Under the pieces are notes generated by a model. It did not search any database. It saw only the letters and a program-made list of their open reading frames with translations, and was not told the DNA's origin. DNA of 41,307 nucleotides from Chiloscyllium plagiosum (Eukaryota): the NCBI RefSeq assembly GCF_004010195.1, contig NC_057719.1, positions 41,348,522 to 41,389,828 of the forward strand, in the 5' to 3' direction. Shown one piece after another: positions 12,490-22,082 of the stretch (positions within the stretch are counted from its first letter, which is position 1; each line of letters starts with the position of its first letter). Made by a program: the position numbers and the translations under genes.

Positions 12490-13395
12490 TTTTTTTTATT
12501 CACTCTGCCCGTCCCTAGTTGCTCTTCAGAAGGTGGTGATGAACTGTCTGCTTGAACCGTTGCAGTTCACTTGCTGTAGGTTGACCCAAAATGCCGTTCA
12601 GGAGGGAATTCCAGGAGTTTAACCCAACAACAGTGAAGGAACAGCATTATATATCCAAACAAGTATAGTGAGTGGCTTGGAGGTGAACTTGCAGGTGGTG
12701 GTGTTCCCATGTCACTGTTGCCCTTGTCCTTCTCAGTGGAAGTGGTCATGGATTTGGAAGGTGCTGTGTAAGGAGCTATAGTGCATTTCTGCAGTGCATC
12801 TTGTAGACAGTACACACTACTGCTACTGAGCAATGGTAGTGGAGTGAGTAGATGTTTGTGAATGTGGTGTCAATCAAGCAGGCTGCTTTGTCCTTGATGG
12901 TGTCAGGCTTCTTGAATGTCGTAGGAGCTGCACCCATCCACGCAAGCGAGGAGTATTCCATCATACTCCTGACTTGTGCCTTGAAGATGGTGGACAGAAT
13001 CTGGGGAGTCAGGAAGTGAGTTACATGCCACTGTATTTCTTGTCTATGACATGTTCTTGTAGCTGTTGTATTTATATGGCAAAACAAGTTGAGTTTCTGA
13101 GGAGAAAGTGAGGTCTGCAGATGCTGGAGATCAGAGCTGAAAATGTGTTGCTGGAAAAGCGTAGCAGGTCAGGCAGCATCCAGGGAACAGGAGAATCGAC
13201 GTTTCGGGCATAAGCCCTTCTTCAGGAATGTTCCTGAAGAAGGGCTTATGCCCGAAACGTCGATTCTCCTGTTCCCTGGATGCTGCCTGACCTGCTGCGC
13301 TTTTCCAGCAACACATTTTCAGCTCAAGTTGAGTTTCTGGTCAATGGTAACCCCCAGGTAGTTGATAGTGGGGGATTCAATGATGGTAACATGAA
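12490..13395 (-). mobile_element. CR1/L2-group LINE 3' fragment
   Basis: ORF 12776..13087 LSTIFKAQVRSMMEYSSLAWMGAAPTT...DKAACLI; T-run tail at 12490. Confidence 0.85.
13100..13325. mobile_element. Fold-back PLE terminal-repeat unit (family A) with HHR cores on both strands
   Basis: 95-bp arms 13134-13228 / 13231-13325 with 1 mismatch; 15-bp TSD caagttgagtttctg (13085-13099, 13325-13339); cores + 13234-13261 and - 13225-13198. Confidence 0.92.
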
Positions 13396-13429
13396 TGGAG
13401 TTCTCCTTGATGCCACACTCAGTCAAAAG

Positions 13430-14154
13430 ACCATTGACAAGAAACTCAACAGGATTTGTCACATAAACACAGTGGCTGCAAGAGCAGGTCAGAGGCTAGG
13501 AATTCTGTGATGAGTAACTCAGCTCCTGAATCCCATATATATGGTAACAGTACCACCTGCAAGTTCCCCTCCAACCCACTCACCATCCTGACTTGGAAAT
13601 ATATTGCCATTCCTTCATTTCATTAGGACAAAATGTTGGCAATTCCTCCCTCAGAGCATTGTGGGACAACCCAAAGCAGGTGGATTGCTGCGGTTCAAGA
13701 AGGCAGTTCACCACCTGGGCGGCACGGTGGCTCAGTGGTTGGCACTGCTGCCTCACTGCACCATGGACCCGGGTTTGATTCCAGCCTCAGGTGATTTTCT
13801 GTGTGGTGTTTGCACATTCTCCCCGTGTCCGCGTGGGTTTCCCCCGGGTGCTCTGGTTTCCTCCCACAAAATAAAGATGTGTAGGTTAGGTGAATTGGCC
13901 ATGCTAAATTGCCCATAGTGTTCAGGGATGTGTAGATTAGGTGCATTAGTTAGGGCTGAATATGGGATAATAGGGTAGGGGAATGGGTCTGGGTGGGTTA
14001 CTCTTGGAGGGTCGGTGTGAACTTGTTGGGTCGGAGGGCCTGTTTCCACATTGTAGGGATTCTATGAATGACTACTTTCTCAAGGGCAACTAAGGACTGG
14101 CAATAAATGCTGGCCAAAAAATGCCAGCTGGGTACCATGAGTGAATAAAAAAAA
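13430..14154 (+). mobile_element. CR1/L2-group LINE 3' fragment (interrupted by SINE)
   Basis: TIDKKLNRICHINTVAARAGQRLGIL; tail ggcaataaatgctggcc...gaataaaaaaa. Confidence 0.8.
13717..14067 (+). mobile_element. HE1-type SINE, full length
   Basis: gggcggcacggtggctcagtggttggcactgctgcctcac...ggtttgattcc...gattctatga. Confidence 0.92.
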
Positions 14155-15052
14155 GCCTTCTGCCAATATTGGCTTTCTCAATCAAAGCACTGAAGGCGTT
14201 TGAATGATGGCACCCACTCCCCAAGAGCTCACAAGCAGCTCTGCCCAGATTCGCTCATCATGCTGTGCATTTGGTGAACCTTTGCTCACTGCTGGCTTAA
14301 TACCATTGTAGGTGCGGGGTGCTGTGGGCCATGAACTTCCCAGACTGATGGTGGGTGTCCACAATCTTCTGCCTAATTAATTGTACCCTCCCCACTCCAC
14401 AGGACAAGACAGAAGATTCCACCCTAAGTATTTACATTCCTTAACATTTTTAACCTGCTATCCAGATTATGCCATGAAAAAGAAGTCAAAGGTCAGCTGT
14501 GAACTCAAGATAAGCAAGAATAGAAAACATGAAATCATAAGGAAGAGGAGCAAATGCATCTGGATGGCTCCTCAAGCCTATTGTTTGTTATTTAATCAGA
14601 ACACGGTTGATCTCCCTCAAGTGAACACACCTGTCTGATCACCACATCCTTAGTGTTCATACTATCAGACTCAATCTTGATTATAATTATTTACCGAACA
14701 TTCACATCTCTCTGGGATAGATCATTCCAAAGATTTTTAAATTATCTAAAGCAAAGTAATGTCTCTTTATTTCAGACTTAAAGAGGTACTTCCCTGTTCT
14801 TGGAAGGGAGAGCTTCAAGTGAGAGAGAAAGCTGTCAGAAAAGAATTCTCAGCTAACTGGAGACAAGAAAACATGAAGTCACCAAATGCACTCCTTGCAA
14901 ATGGATGTGTGCTCTCTAGTTTAAACCAGCTTAGGTTCGGGAGCTATTACTGCTTTATGGGATAAGTGTACTGGTTGACATTGTAATGATCACTGTGTTA
15001 ACTGGATAATTTAATACTGAACAATTTATAAGGAAGATCTTGGTCAACATTT

Positions 15053-15320
15053 TGCCTCACAGCGCCAGGGACCCAAGTTCGATTCCAGCCTCGGGCGAAT
15101 GTCTGTGTGGGATTTGTACATCCGCCCCGTGTCTGCACGGGTTTCCTTCCACAGTCCATAAGATGTTCAGGTCAGGTGAACTGGCCATGCTAACTTGCCC
15201 ATAGTGTTAGGTGCATTAGTCAGAGGAAAATGGGTCTGGATGGGTTACTCTTAGGAGGGTCGTGTGGACTTGTTGGGCCGAAGGGCCTGTTTCCATACTG
15301 TAGGGAATCTAATCTAATCT
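15053..15320 (+). mobile_element. HE1-type SINE, 5'-clipped
   Basis: tgcctcacagcgccagggacccaagttcgattcc...(aatct)n tail. Confidence 0.9.
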
Positions 15321-15773
15321 GCATTTATGTGTTATCCCATCTCAAAGCATTTCACGTACTTCGCATACTGTGAATTACATAAAGGGTAATAACTACATTA
15401 GAGACAAATATACAACTAATTTTCTGATCTGAAATCAAAAGCAGCAATGAATGACATGCATTTTTGAGCTTTAATAACCTCAGGATATGTTAAAGTGCTT
15501 AAACAGTCAGTGAAATACTTTGGAAATTTAATTATTGTTGTACTGAAGAAAGTACAATGAGGTTTAACTGATTTAGAGGAGTCAAGTACTGGGAGCATAG
15601 TACAAAAACTAGAACCAGATCTTTCAGGAGTGAAATTAGGTAACATTTCTGCACAAAAGTGGTGTAGACGTTTGGAACACCCTTTTACAAACAACAAGTG
15701 CTGCTAGATCAATTGTGAGATTGAGATCTGAGATGTAGTTTAAAAAAACGCTGCCAGGTTAAAATCTTTGTTC

Positions 15774-15864
15774 GAGACAAAAAGTTGCAGATGCTGGAAT
15801 CCAAGGCAGACAAGCAGGAGGGTGGAAGAAGACAGCAAGCTGGGTAGCATCAGGAGGTGGAGAA
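15774..15864 (-). mobile_element. PLE terminal-repeat fragment
   Basis: tgcagatgctggaatccaaggcagacaagcagg...gcagcatcagg-like stretch, similar to 9310-9390. Confidence 0.7.
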
Positions 15865-16435
15865 GTGGACAATGGAGAAGGTTACCTCAGAATACAACGA
15901 GATCTTGATCAGATGGGCCAGTGGGCTGAGAAGTGGCAGATGGAGTTTAGTTTAGATAAATGCAAGGCGCAGCATTTTGGAAAGACACATCAGAGCAGGA
16001 CTTGTACACTTGTCGTTAAGGTCCTGGAGAGTTTTGCTGAACAAAGAGACCTTGGAGTGCAGGTTCATAGCTCCTTGAAAGTGGAGTCGCAGGTAGATAG
16101 GATAGTGAAGGCAGTGTTTGATATGCTTTCTTTTATTGGTCAGAGTATTGAGTACAGGAGTTGGGAGGTCATGTCACGGCTTTACAGGACATTGGTTTGG
16201 CCACTTTTGGAATATTGCATGCAATTCTGGTCTCCTTCCTATCGGAAGGATGTTGTGAAACTTGAAAGGGTTCAGAAAAGATTTACAAGAATGTTGCCAG
16301 GATTGGAGGATTTGAGCTATAGGGAGTGGCTGAATAGGCTGGGGCTGTTCTCCTTGGAGCGTTGGAGGCTGAGGGGTGACCTTATAGAAGTTTACAAAGT
16401 TATGAGGGGCATGAATAGAGTAAACAGGCAAAGTC
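15865..16435 (+). mobile_element. CR1 LINE RT C-terminal fragment
   Basis: ORF 15865..: QRDLDQMGQWAEKWQMEF..KC..HFG...LEYCMQFWSP...LERVQKRFTRM. Confidence 0.95.
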
Positions 16436-17442
16436 CTATCGAAGATACAAATATCTCAGCAAGAGGCCCAGCAATCACTTCCCTAGCTTCCCACAGAGTT
16501 CTCGGGTACACCTGATCAGGTCCTGGTGATTTATCCACCTTTACCCATTTCAAGACATCCAGCACTTTCTCCTCTGTAATATGGACATTTTGCAAGATGT
16601 CTCTACAGTCTATATCTTCCATATCCTTTTCCACAGTAAATGCTGATGCAAAATCGTCATTTAGTATCTCCCCCATTTTCTGCGGCCTCACACAAAGGCC
16701 GCCTTGCTGATCTTTGAGGGGCCCTATTCTCACCCTAGTAATCCTTTTGTCCTTAATGTATTTGTAAAAACTCTTTGGATTCTCCTTAATTCTATTTGCC
16801 AAAGCTATCTCATGTCCCCTTTTTGCCCTCCTGATTTCCCTCTTAAGTATACTCTTACTTCCTTTATACTCTTCTAAGGATTCACTCGATCTATCCTGTC
16901 TGCACTTTACACGAGTTTCCCACTTTTTCTTAACCAAACCCTCAATTTCTTTAGTCATCCAGCATTCCCGATACCTACCAGTCTTTCCTTTCACCTTGAC
17001 AGGAATATACTTTCTCTGGATTCTCATTATCTCATTTCTGAAGGCTTCCTATTTTCCAGCCGTCCCTTTACCTGCGAACATCTGCCCCCAATCAGCTTTT
17101 GAAAGTTCTTGTCTAATACTGTCAAGATTAGCCTTCCTCCAATTTAGAACTTGGACTTTTAGACCTGGTCTATCCTTTTCCATCACTATTTTAAAACTAA
17201 TAGAATTATGGTCGCTGGCCCCAAAGTGCTTCCCCACTGACACCTCAGTCACCTGCCCTGCCTTATTTTCCAACAGTAGGTCAAGTTTTGCACCTTCTCT
17301 AGTAGGTACATCCACATACTGAATCAGAAAATTGTCTTGTATGCACTTAACAAATTCCTCTCCATCTCAACCCTTAACACGATGGCAGTCCCAGTCTACG
17401 TTTGGAAAGTTAAATTCCCCCCCATAACCACCCTATTATCTT
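16436..17442 (-). mobile_element. CR1 LINE endonuclease-to-RT linker fragment
   Basis: PTREGAKLDLLL...FGASDHNSISF; NPKSFYKYIK; KVDKSPGPDQVYPRTLWEAREVIAGPL. Confidence 0.95.
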
Positions 17443-17524
17443 ACTAGCAGAGGGAGTCGAACCCTTGACTCTGCGGAGGTTGCAAACCTAAATCCAGTGG
17501 CTTTGACCGCTCGGCCACTGCTGC
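17443..17524 (-). pseudogene. tRNA-Leu(TAG)-like relic or tRNA-derived SINE head
   Basis: Minus GCAGCAGTGGCCGAGCGGTCAAAGCCACTGGATTTAGGT...AGGGTTCGACTCCCTCTGCT: A box, CTGGATTTAGG anticodon region, B box; anticodon stem does not pair. Confidence 0.7.
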
Positions 17525-18782
17525 AGGTTACTTTGAGAAAGCATTCTTGATGTTGAGCTATGCCTTTTGCTTTCTGCCAGTTTAAATGCTATGCTGTCAG
17601 AAATAAATGCTTTCCTGGGTGTTGCCTTTAAGTTTAATGGGACTGTGATGATTGTTGAGAACATTAGTGAATTCTCGTGCCGATTGTCTGCGAATCCAAA
17701 AGCTTCACACTAATGGCTGCATCACTTAACAACGGAGTTAGTAAGAAGGAAAACGTAATCCCTGAAAACCAAAACGTAACGCAAAAATTCCTGAGTGCCT
17801 TTGGGAAAGTGTGTGTGGGGTGGGGAGGGTGATGATATTTGTTTTGCAGCTGGTTTGCCCTTTCTTCACTAGTTATTTTTTCCACCTAATTTTTATTGTC
17901 ATTTATTTGAATGTGCCAAAATATGTGAACAAATTAAGACTGAGGATTTCTTCAATAATATCAACGATTTAAATTTGTTGCAGAAGAAACTAATTTCTTT
18001 TGACATTTCTGGCATAATAACATGCTATGTTATAAGCATTGACAGGGAAAAGAAGCAGATGAAGCATTAAAAGGATGATTGCAGCATTGTAACAATGAGT
18101 AAACAGCACAAGGCTTCTCCTATCACACCCTGTTTATTTACTTTACCTGATCAGTTGACAATTGCTGATAACTGACTGGAAGCCTTCACTTAGATTAGTT
18201 TTGTTTTACAATATTTGCACACATTTTCAGTTTACGCTCCACAACCAGTTACCAACTTCGCACACTTTTGTCTACCAGTTGACCAAAATGACTTTATCTA
18301 AGCTGCATTAAATCAGTTTCCTGTCATGCAAGCCCCGAATACAAACAGAAAACCAGTCAGACATAAAAGTGATTGTTATGGTTGTTGGAGACCTGCTGCG
18401 TAGGATATTACTGCAAGAATTTCTCAGAAAAAGTGTTATTGGCTTAAATTCATCTTCAGCTGCCTCATCCTTGACTTTGTCTCCACCAAAAGATGAGGAG
18501 TGGAGTAGTCAGTGGTCAGCCCAGAAGTAGATCTGGCCCAACATGCAGCCTCCAGTGAGAAGTAAAGTTTTTTTTTTCTTTTTTTAAAGAGTAATCTCCA
18601 TGCAGGCCCAGGAGTTGCAGAAGTGATGACACTTCAATTCTACTCCACGTACCCAGCCACATACCGGAGAATATCAGGACAACTGCTGTCTTTGCAGCAG
18701 CCTCAAAGTGACTTGCATTTCATTGGTGACATGCCTGGGGATGTGAGATCAGTGTCACCAGTTCACCAGACTTCTTAAAATG

Positions 18783-19549
18783 AGAGTCCAGAGTGTGGTG
18801 CTGGAAAAGCACAGCAGGTCAGGCAGCATCCGAGGAGCAGGCGATTCGACGTTTCAAGCAAAAGCCCTTCATCAGTCTTGGGGCTGTGAGCCGAGGGGGT
18901 GGAAAGGTAAATGGGTCGGGGAGTGGGTTGGGGGGTAGGTAGCTGTGAGTGTGATAGATAGATGAAGTTGATAAGTTGGAGAGGAGGGTGGAGCGGATAG
19001 ATGGGAAGGAAGATGGACAGGTCATGAGGGCAGTGCCGAGTTGGNNNNNNNNNNNNNNNNNNNNNNNNNNNNNNNNNNNNNNNNNNNNNNNNNNNNNNNN
19101 NNNNNNNNNNNNNNNNNNNNNNNNNNNNNNNNNNNNNNNNNNNNNNNNNNNNNNNNNNNNNNNNNNNNNNNNNNNNNNNNNNNNNNNNNNNNNNNNNNNN
19201 NNNNNNNNNNNNNNNNNNNNNNNNNNNNNNNNNNNNNNNNNNNNNNNNNNNNNNNNNNNNNNNNNNNNNNNNNNNNNNNNNNNNNNNNNNNNNNNNNNNN
19301 NNNNNNNNNNNNNNNAGGGGAGAGAGGGTTGGTTGGGGGTTGGGGGTGGGGGAGGGGGTAGGGGTTGTTCTGGACCTGGTGAGGGAGTCGCAGAGGGAAT
19401 GGTCTTTATAGAAGCTCGGTTGGAGGGAAATGTATCTCTGGTGGTGGGGTCTGTTTGTAGGTGTCGGAAATGGTGGAGGATGATGTGATGTATACGGAGG
19501 TTGGTGGGGTGGAAGGTTAGGACCAGGGCTGGCATTCTGTCCTTGTTGC
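18783..19549 (-). mobile_element. Penelope-like element 3' part spanning an assembly gap
   Basis: ALVLTFHPTNLRIHHIILHHFRHLQTDPTTRDTFPS (PLE RT-EN linker); terminal repeat with CTGATGAaGGGCttttGCTTGAAACGTC on minus near 18847-18875. Confidence 0.85.
19045..19315. other. Assembly gap (N run)
   Basis: 271 consecutive N. Confidence 1.
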
Positions 19550-19759
19550 AAATGAGTCCTGGGCACCCTTATGGATTGAATATTGGGCCTAGCATCTGGA
19601 TGTGGAGATTCCCTGCATCCAATTAATGTTGGTTTTGCAAAATATCACGAATATCTACTCAAATGTCTTTAAGGAGGGTGGAGTCAATATAATACAGAGG
19701 AAAAGCATAATAAATGGGAAAAAGAGGGGCAATATTTTTGTTAATGCTCATGTTAAGTT

Positions 19760-19915
19760 AATATTTCGGCTCCAGTGACCCTTTTCAAGTTCGTTATGAA
19801 GAACCCAAAACGTTAAATATGCTTTTTCTCCACAGATGCTGCCAGACTTGCTGAGTTTTCCCAGCAATTCCAGTTTTTCTTTCCGATTTGCAGCATTCAC
19901 ATTTCTTGGGTTTTT
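19760..19915 (+). mobile_element. Degenerate PLE terminal-repeat unit
   Basis: tgaagaacccaaaacgttaa...cacagatgctgccagacttgctgagttttcccagca resembles the family A downstream sequence. Confidence 0.55.
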
Positions 19916-19979
19916 AGGATTTGTTTGTTCTGTGCCTCCTGGTGACAGACAGAAAACTAGTTCTTACAAACTGTTCACA

Positions 19980-20145
19980 TGATGAGGAGATGCTGGTGTT
20001 GGACTGGGCTAGACAAAGTTAAAAATCACACAGCACCAGGTTAGAGTCCAACAGGTTTATTAGGAAGTACTAGCTTTTGGAGTGCTGCTCCTTCGTCAGG
20101 TTACCTAACGAAGGAACAGCACTCTGGTGTTGTGTGATTTTTAAT
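19980..20145. mobile_element. Fold-back PLE-type terminal-repeat unit (family B)
   Basis: ttaaaaatcacacagcaccag ... tggtgttgtgtgatttttaa inverted ends; centre ccttcgtcaggt-t-acctaacgaagg; TSD actgttcaca (19970-19979, 20146-20155). Confidence 0.85.
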
Positions 20146-21217
20146 ACTGTTCACAGCTATCATCCTGAGGTTTCCTGGGTTCTGTACATTCAGTGGCTTT
20201 CAATTCTGTCTTAAATTCAAAAAGACCTTAAAGTGGCTCAACACAGCTCCAGGAAGCTAGTGCTCTAAAAAGGCAAGAGAGCCAATTATGCTGATGTCCT
20301 TTGAAGTCCATCTTGTCTCCTGTTCTCTCAGAAGTCAAGGGTTTTTTTTACACCTTTGAGAAGCTTCACTGGCCATCCCTGCAGGGGCCTTTGCATTTTA
20401 ATGACACTTCTAGCCAGTTCTAGAGATAACAGAGTCTGACAAGGTTTGAACAAACACTGAAGGATGCCAGGATGTCTGCTCATTCACCAGTTTTTTAAAA
20501 AAGGCTGTTAAACTCAATTCAATTGTTTAAGAGTAAAAGATTGTCCTCAAAATCTCCAATATTTTAATTTCTCAGAAGAAGAAAGGGAATTGGTTGTTGA
20601 AATGGAACATATCTGGAAAATTTGTGAGGTGAAACTGTGCCACACTGGAAAGATTCAATACTAAAGAAATATTTTCCAGAACTATTTCCATCTGATGTAA
20701 AAGTATGATTGCTTGATCAGAAAAGTGAAACACTGAAGCAACCAGGTGAGCACACTGCTTCATCACACACTAAGTAAGAAAGGACATAACTTACTTTCAT
20801 ACAATGCCTTTCACAAAATCAAGATGTTTTTAAAGGAGTTTACTTTCGAAGTGTTGTCACATAGGAAAATGACAATTGACATACAGCAAAGCCATGAACA
20901 GTGATGTAATTGTGACCAGACTATTAAGACCATAAGATATAGGAGCAGAATTAGTCTATTCAACCCATCAAGACTGCCTGTCAAAAAATAGAATAGAATA
21001 TCCTTTATTGTCACATGCATTGGAATGGGTACACTGAAAAGTTTGTAATATCACTGCTTTGGGGCCATCTTAGGTGCATGGTAGCTCAGTACAATGTTTG
21101 TTACTGAATTGAAAGAGTGAAAAAAAGTCTAGCATAGGAATACAAAGTTTTCAAAAGTACTTGAACTACTCAAAGTCCAGAAAAGAATAAAAAGTATCTT
21201 TAAGAAATACTCAAAGG

Positions 21218-21755
21218 AAAGATGTTGGGAAACTTGAAAAGGTTCACAAAAGATGTAGAGTCATAGAGCAATGAAACATTCACGTCTGTTGCCAGGGTTG
21301 GAGGCTTTGAGCTTTAGGAAGATGCTGAATAGACTAGGGCTGTTTTCCCTGGAGCGTTGAAGTCTGAGGGGTGACCTTATAAAAGTTTATAAAATCATGA
21401 GAGGCATGGATAGGGTAAATAGTCAATGTCTTTTCACCAGGTTAGGAAAGTCCAAAACTAGAGGGCATAGGTTTAAGATGAGAAGGGTAAAGATTTAAAA
21501 GGGACCTTAGGGGCAACCTCTTCACGCAGAGAGTAGTGTGCATATGGAATGAGCTGCCAGAAGAGGAGGAGGAGACTGGTACAATTATAACATTTAAAAG
21601 GCATTTGGATGGGTATACGAGTAGGAAGGATTTAGAGTGATAAAAGCTAAATGATGGCAATTGGGACTAAATTAATTTAGGATATCTGGTCAGCATGGAC
21701 AAGTTGGACCAAAGGGTGTGTTTCTGTGTTGTACATCTCTATGACTCTGTGACTC
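21218..21755 (+). mobile_element. CR1 LINE 3' end
   Basis: LGLFSLER..LRGDLIKVYKIMRGMDRVN; tail ctctatgactctgtgactct. Confidence 0.9.
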
Positions 21756-21795
21756 TGTCTGCTCTGTCGTTTGATCGTGGCTGACATATTTCTCA

Positions 21796-22082
21796 CCGCC
21801 GCTCCCTCACCACCAGACGCCTGGAGGAAGAACGCCTCATCTTCTGCCTCGGAACACTTCAACCCCAGGGCATCAATGTGGACTTCAACAGCTTCCTCAT
21901 TTCCCCTTCCCCCACCTCATCCTAGTTTCAAACTTCCAGTCCCCTTGACTTGTCCGGACTTGTCCGACCTGCCTAGCTCCTTTTCCACCTATCCTGAAGG
22001 GCTTTTGCCCGAAATGTCGATTTTGCTGCTCGTTGGATGCTGCCTGAATTGCTGTGCTCCTCCAGCACCACTGATCCAGAAT
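21796..22082 (+). mobile_element. 5'-truncated Penelope-like element
   Basis: RRLEEERLIFCLGTLQPQGINVDF (PLE endonuclease C-terminus) plus terminal repeat with a clipped HHR core; 15-bp TSD ctgacatatttctca (21781-21795, 22083-22097). Confidence 0.88.

Noticed and set aside
13131..13361. Mirror ORFs MCCWKS..GQAASREQENRRFGHKPFF recurring at several loci as a peptide family
   Set aside because: By-product of translating the palindromic non-coding repeat
15865..17442. Twin-priming 5' inversion of a single CR1
   Set aside because: Junction is tail-to-tail, the 3' tail is absent and the RT core between the pieces is missing
17443..17524. Functional tRNA-Leu gene
   Set aside because: Anticodon stem and D stem are broken, acceptor stem is incomplete, no oligo-T terminator downstream
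18775..19566. Long ORFs of 106-263 aa
   Set aside because: Length is inflated by the 271-N gap; the real parts are PLE sequence
20576..20745. Exon-like segment with good acceptor (ttctcag) and donor (cag|gtgagc)
   Set aside because: Stops in all three plus frames; a non-coding exon cannot be supported without RNA data
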